Source: Iphione sp. A-MEVVRFRX5
Taxonomy: Eukaryota
NCBI GenBank assembly: GCA_976226885.1
Contig: OZ320320.1
Coordinates: 25,668,001 to 25,732,000 of the forward strand
Direction: 5' to 3'
DNA length: 64,000 nucleotides
The notes under the pieces were generated by a model that worked only from the letters and a program-made list of their open reading frames with translations, was not told where the DNA came from and ran no database searches. The translations under genes and the position numbers were made by a program. How positions within the stretch are numbered: the stretch's first letter is position 1; each line of letters opens with the position of its first letter. Of this stretch, positions 61,261-64,000 are shown in pieces.

Positions 61261-64000
61261 ACGTAAGGAGTCATAAATCACTCATCCAGGGTCCTACCTG
61301 CACGGCCCTGATGGTCTAAGGTACACCCACCCACCTGCACAAACTCAACATCTCTCGAATCGCCCCCCCCCTTCCCACTCATAGAATCTCCCCCTCCCTC
61401 CCATCTAGCTTGCCTCTTCTCCATGACGACCACTGCACAGCCGGCCCCTTATCACATCGGCTTGCATCTAGTGGCGGTCCATCCGAACTTCCCACCACAA
61501 GTCTTAGATTTCTCTTGGCTACTCATTGGTTTGATTCTTTGGCACCGGGAGCAGACATGGCGTTTGTGAGAGGTGACAGACCTAAGCGGTGTCAGCTATC
61601 CATATTTCTTTGTCCATACAGTCCATTCAGACCAGCCCTTTTTAAAGGACAACTCTTTTTACCTCTGTTACAGGCTTGTCCTTCTTTCTCTAGCTACCTG
61701 CTCAATCCCTTCTCTGTTTCTGTCTGTCTGCCTCTGTCTGTCTGTCTGTTCCGTCTCTCTGCGGTGTTAAGTTCCTCTTTGTCATTCGAGACCAAGAAAC
61801 GCTTACGAAACAAAGCACCATAGAACGTGCCAGCAAAGGTGACACCATGCTAAACCGCCCTGCTCTCACACAAGTACCAAGGGCATAAAACAATTCACAT
61901 CCCCACTCTATTTGGCATTCCGCGGTGATAACAGAAATCTACAGCTAAGGTGACGGCCGGTCGTTACGTGATCAGTATATCGCCATATGTCGCCACGTGA
62001 TAGGGCCGGTCAAGGTCAACATATGGTTATTTTGTACTGTAATTTGGGACGGTGGGTAGCTTGTACTTTAGGTCGAGGCTATGCATATGGAAATTTCGCT
62101 TTCCAGTGCCATACAATACGAAACAATCGGTTAGTGTTCAGATCATATACATGTTATTAAAAATCTACTACGAATGCGTTAAATGACAGTCAGAACGCGA
62201 CACAACTTCATTCTAACGAACGTATATAAGAGCATATCATAATTATGTTGTTATGATACACTCATCAAACAGAGCGATTGAACAGGTCCTCAGTTGGCGC
62301 TAGTGATTAGATTACTTAGAGGTAACAAATGTACCTAAATCGGAACTCCGTCAACCGAAGCATATGCCTCATCATAATGTCAGTATTTTCCCGTTCCGTC
62401 CTCGTTACACGGTGACCTGCGCCTGTTGACTCAGAGATGGTCATAAAACTGACCGCCATGTTTGATGCAGACTATAAGTGCCACTAGAGGGCTCTAACAG
62501 TTAGGTGTACGTCATTCGGACAGAAGCGCAGATTGGATCTGCCATTGATTAATTCCTAGGCTAATGCTTCAGTTCAGAACCCATCACAGCAAAGGAGGTC
62601 TATGGACAGTGTGCATTCCAAACGGCGAAACTGCTTCGACTTAGGTGATTTTGTGCTTAATGTTTTTGCCATAGGAATCAGCACCAGATTTCATGATCTT
62701 TCTTGTTTCTCCTAGAACGGGACCAAAAGGAAGCATAGCATAACAGATTGTCCTTTATTAAAACATAGGAGTATGTTGTTGTCAAATGTCTTGACCTGTG
62801 TCTTATGGTCTTGGTTAGTGTCAGTGATTAGTTATATGAAGTGTATTGGATGAAAAAATGAATGCGAAATGATGCAGTTGTAAGTGTTATTTCATATAAT
62901 CAGATTTGAATGGTTTTTTTTTCATGGGGTATAATTCGTTTATGGTACATTATAATAAAGTTTTTTTAATAGAGATTGTCTTATCAAGCCCTCGGGATAT
63001 ATATACTTAATCTGACTGTGGTTAAGCCTTGGCGAAATAATACTCGGGACAACAAAACCTACTGTGCACACCAAACATGGAGAAAATCTGTAAATCAGTA
63101 ATCTGTAAGAATTATAACTTTAAATATGAGACCGAGGATGATTCATTAAGGGTATGAGGCCCTTTTTAGTGATACTCAGTGTTCAGTGTGTTTTCGCATT
63201 CTTTCATTGGCACTAAATTCACCTCCTGACGTGATCACTCCTAGTCTTCTGATAGTCCTGGTCACATCAATCCTCTCACAAAGGCCTCTTAGAATTACAC
63301 CGTATTCATCCGTATTACATGTATATTGTAATGGTGAATGCAGTCCAATCAGGGAACGATCTTGACAAAAGTGAGTTTTTTTTTAACTAAAGCAATTTTA
63401 TCAGATCAAAGGCGAATTCAAGAAATTGGATGATAGAAGCAAAATGAGCCAGATTTCACTACATGTATAGCTTTGGAACTCTGTTGGCTGAATGGTCTGC
63501 TTATGGCTACACTACAAATTTATGTTCTCAAACAGTCTCCCCTGGTATGTGAGAATGGGCAGATTGTGAGTTAACTCATCCACATAGTCCGTTGTCAGGC
63601 AGGGGAAATGAGTTAAAAGAGTTCACGCGAATAGCGTGGTCTTTTGAGACCAGCGGTAAAGTAACTTCTATTCAAATCACAGAGAATTCAGACTGAAAAC
63701 ACACTGAACAATGCACGGGCCAGTCTATGTGTTCCCCGTGAAAGTTCAATACATGTATGTGCCCTGTGAAAGGTCAAGGGTATTTGCTCGGCACTCATTC
63801 AGGAAGCCATCTCAGTGAGGATTCAGTCTCGCTAAATACGTCCATAAATTTGCGTCGTATTAATTTGGGCTGATTGAATACGGTACCTGGGCACCACCGT
63901 AATACAGGAACCTGAAGGAGAGCTCGGGTGCAGATTGTTGCCAATGGTTACCGTTCGGCGTCACAGCGTCCCAGGTACGCCTGGAGTCAAGACATAAAAC

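Overview
Eukaryotic, intron-rich genomic DNA. An invertebrate deuterostome such as a lancelet is likely, but this is inferred only from GC-rich exons, vertebrate-like proteins and abundant TACATGTA; no database check was possible. Four protein-coding genes were reconstructed by hand from GT-AG exons with consistent phases. (1) The 3' part of SEC63 (+, 10 exons, stop at 6277). (2) IST1 (-, 3 coding exons, 29333->22235). (3) The first 41 exons (~2165 codons, all six AAA Walker-A motifs) of midasin MDN1 (+, from 29657), head-to-head with IST1 across only ~0.3 kb. (4) A two-exon, 605-aa class A GPCR with an NRY motif (melatonin-receptor/moody-Tre1-like; -, 60148->57389), lying antisense in what appears to be an unusually long MDN1 intron. 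The ~16 kb between SEC63 and IST1 holds a nest of transposon debris: PIF/Harbinger-type MITEs, TA-flanked Tc1/mariner-type MITEs (one splits a decayed Gypsy pol), an unclassified TIR element with a 5-bp flanking duplication, and a 5'-truncated LINE. The most notable oddities are the nested GPCR, an in-frame duplicated splice acceptor in MDN1, a stop-free 3n intron in MDN1, and a 55-nt intronic hairpin present twice with compensatory base changes. No CRISPR, rRNA or tRNA gene was found. Most ORF-track entries are shadow frames or repeats.
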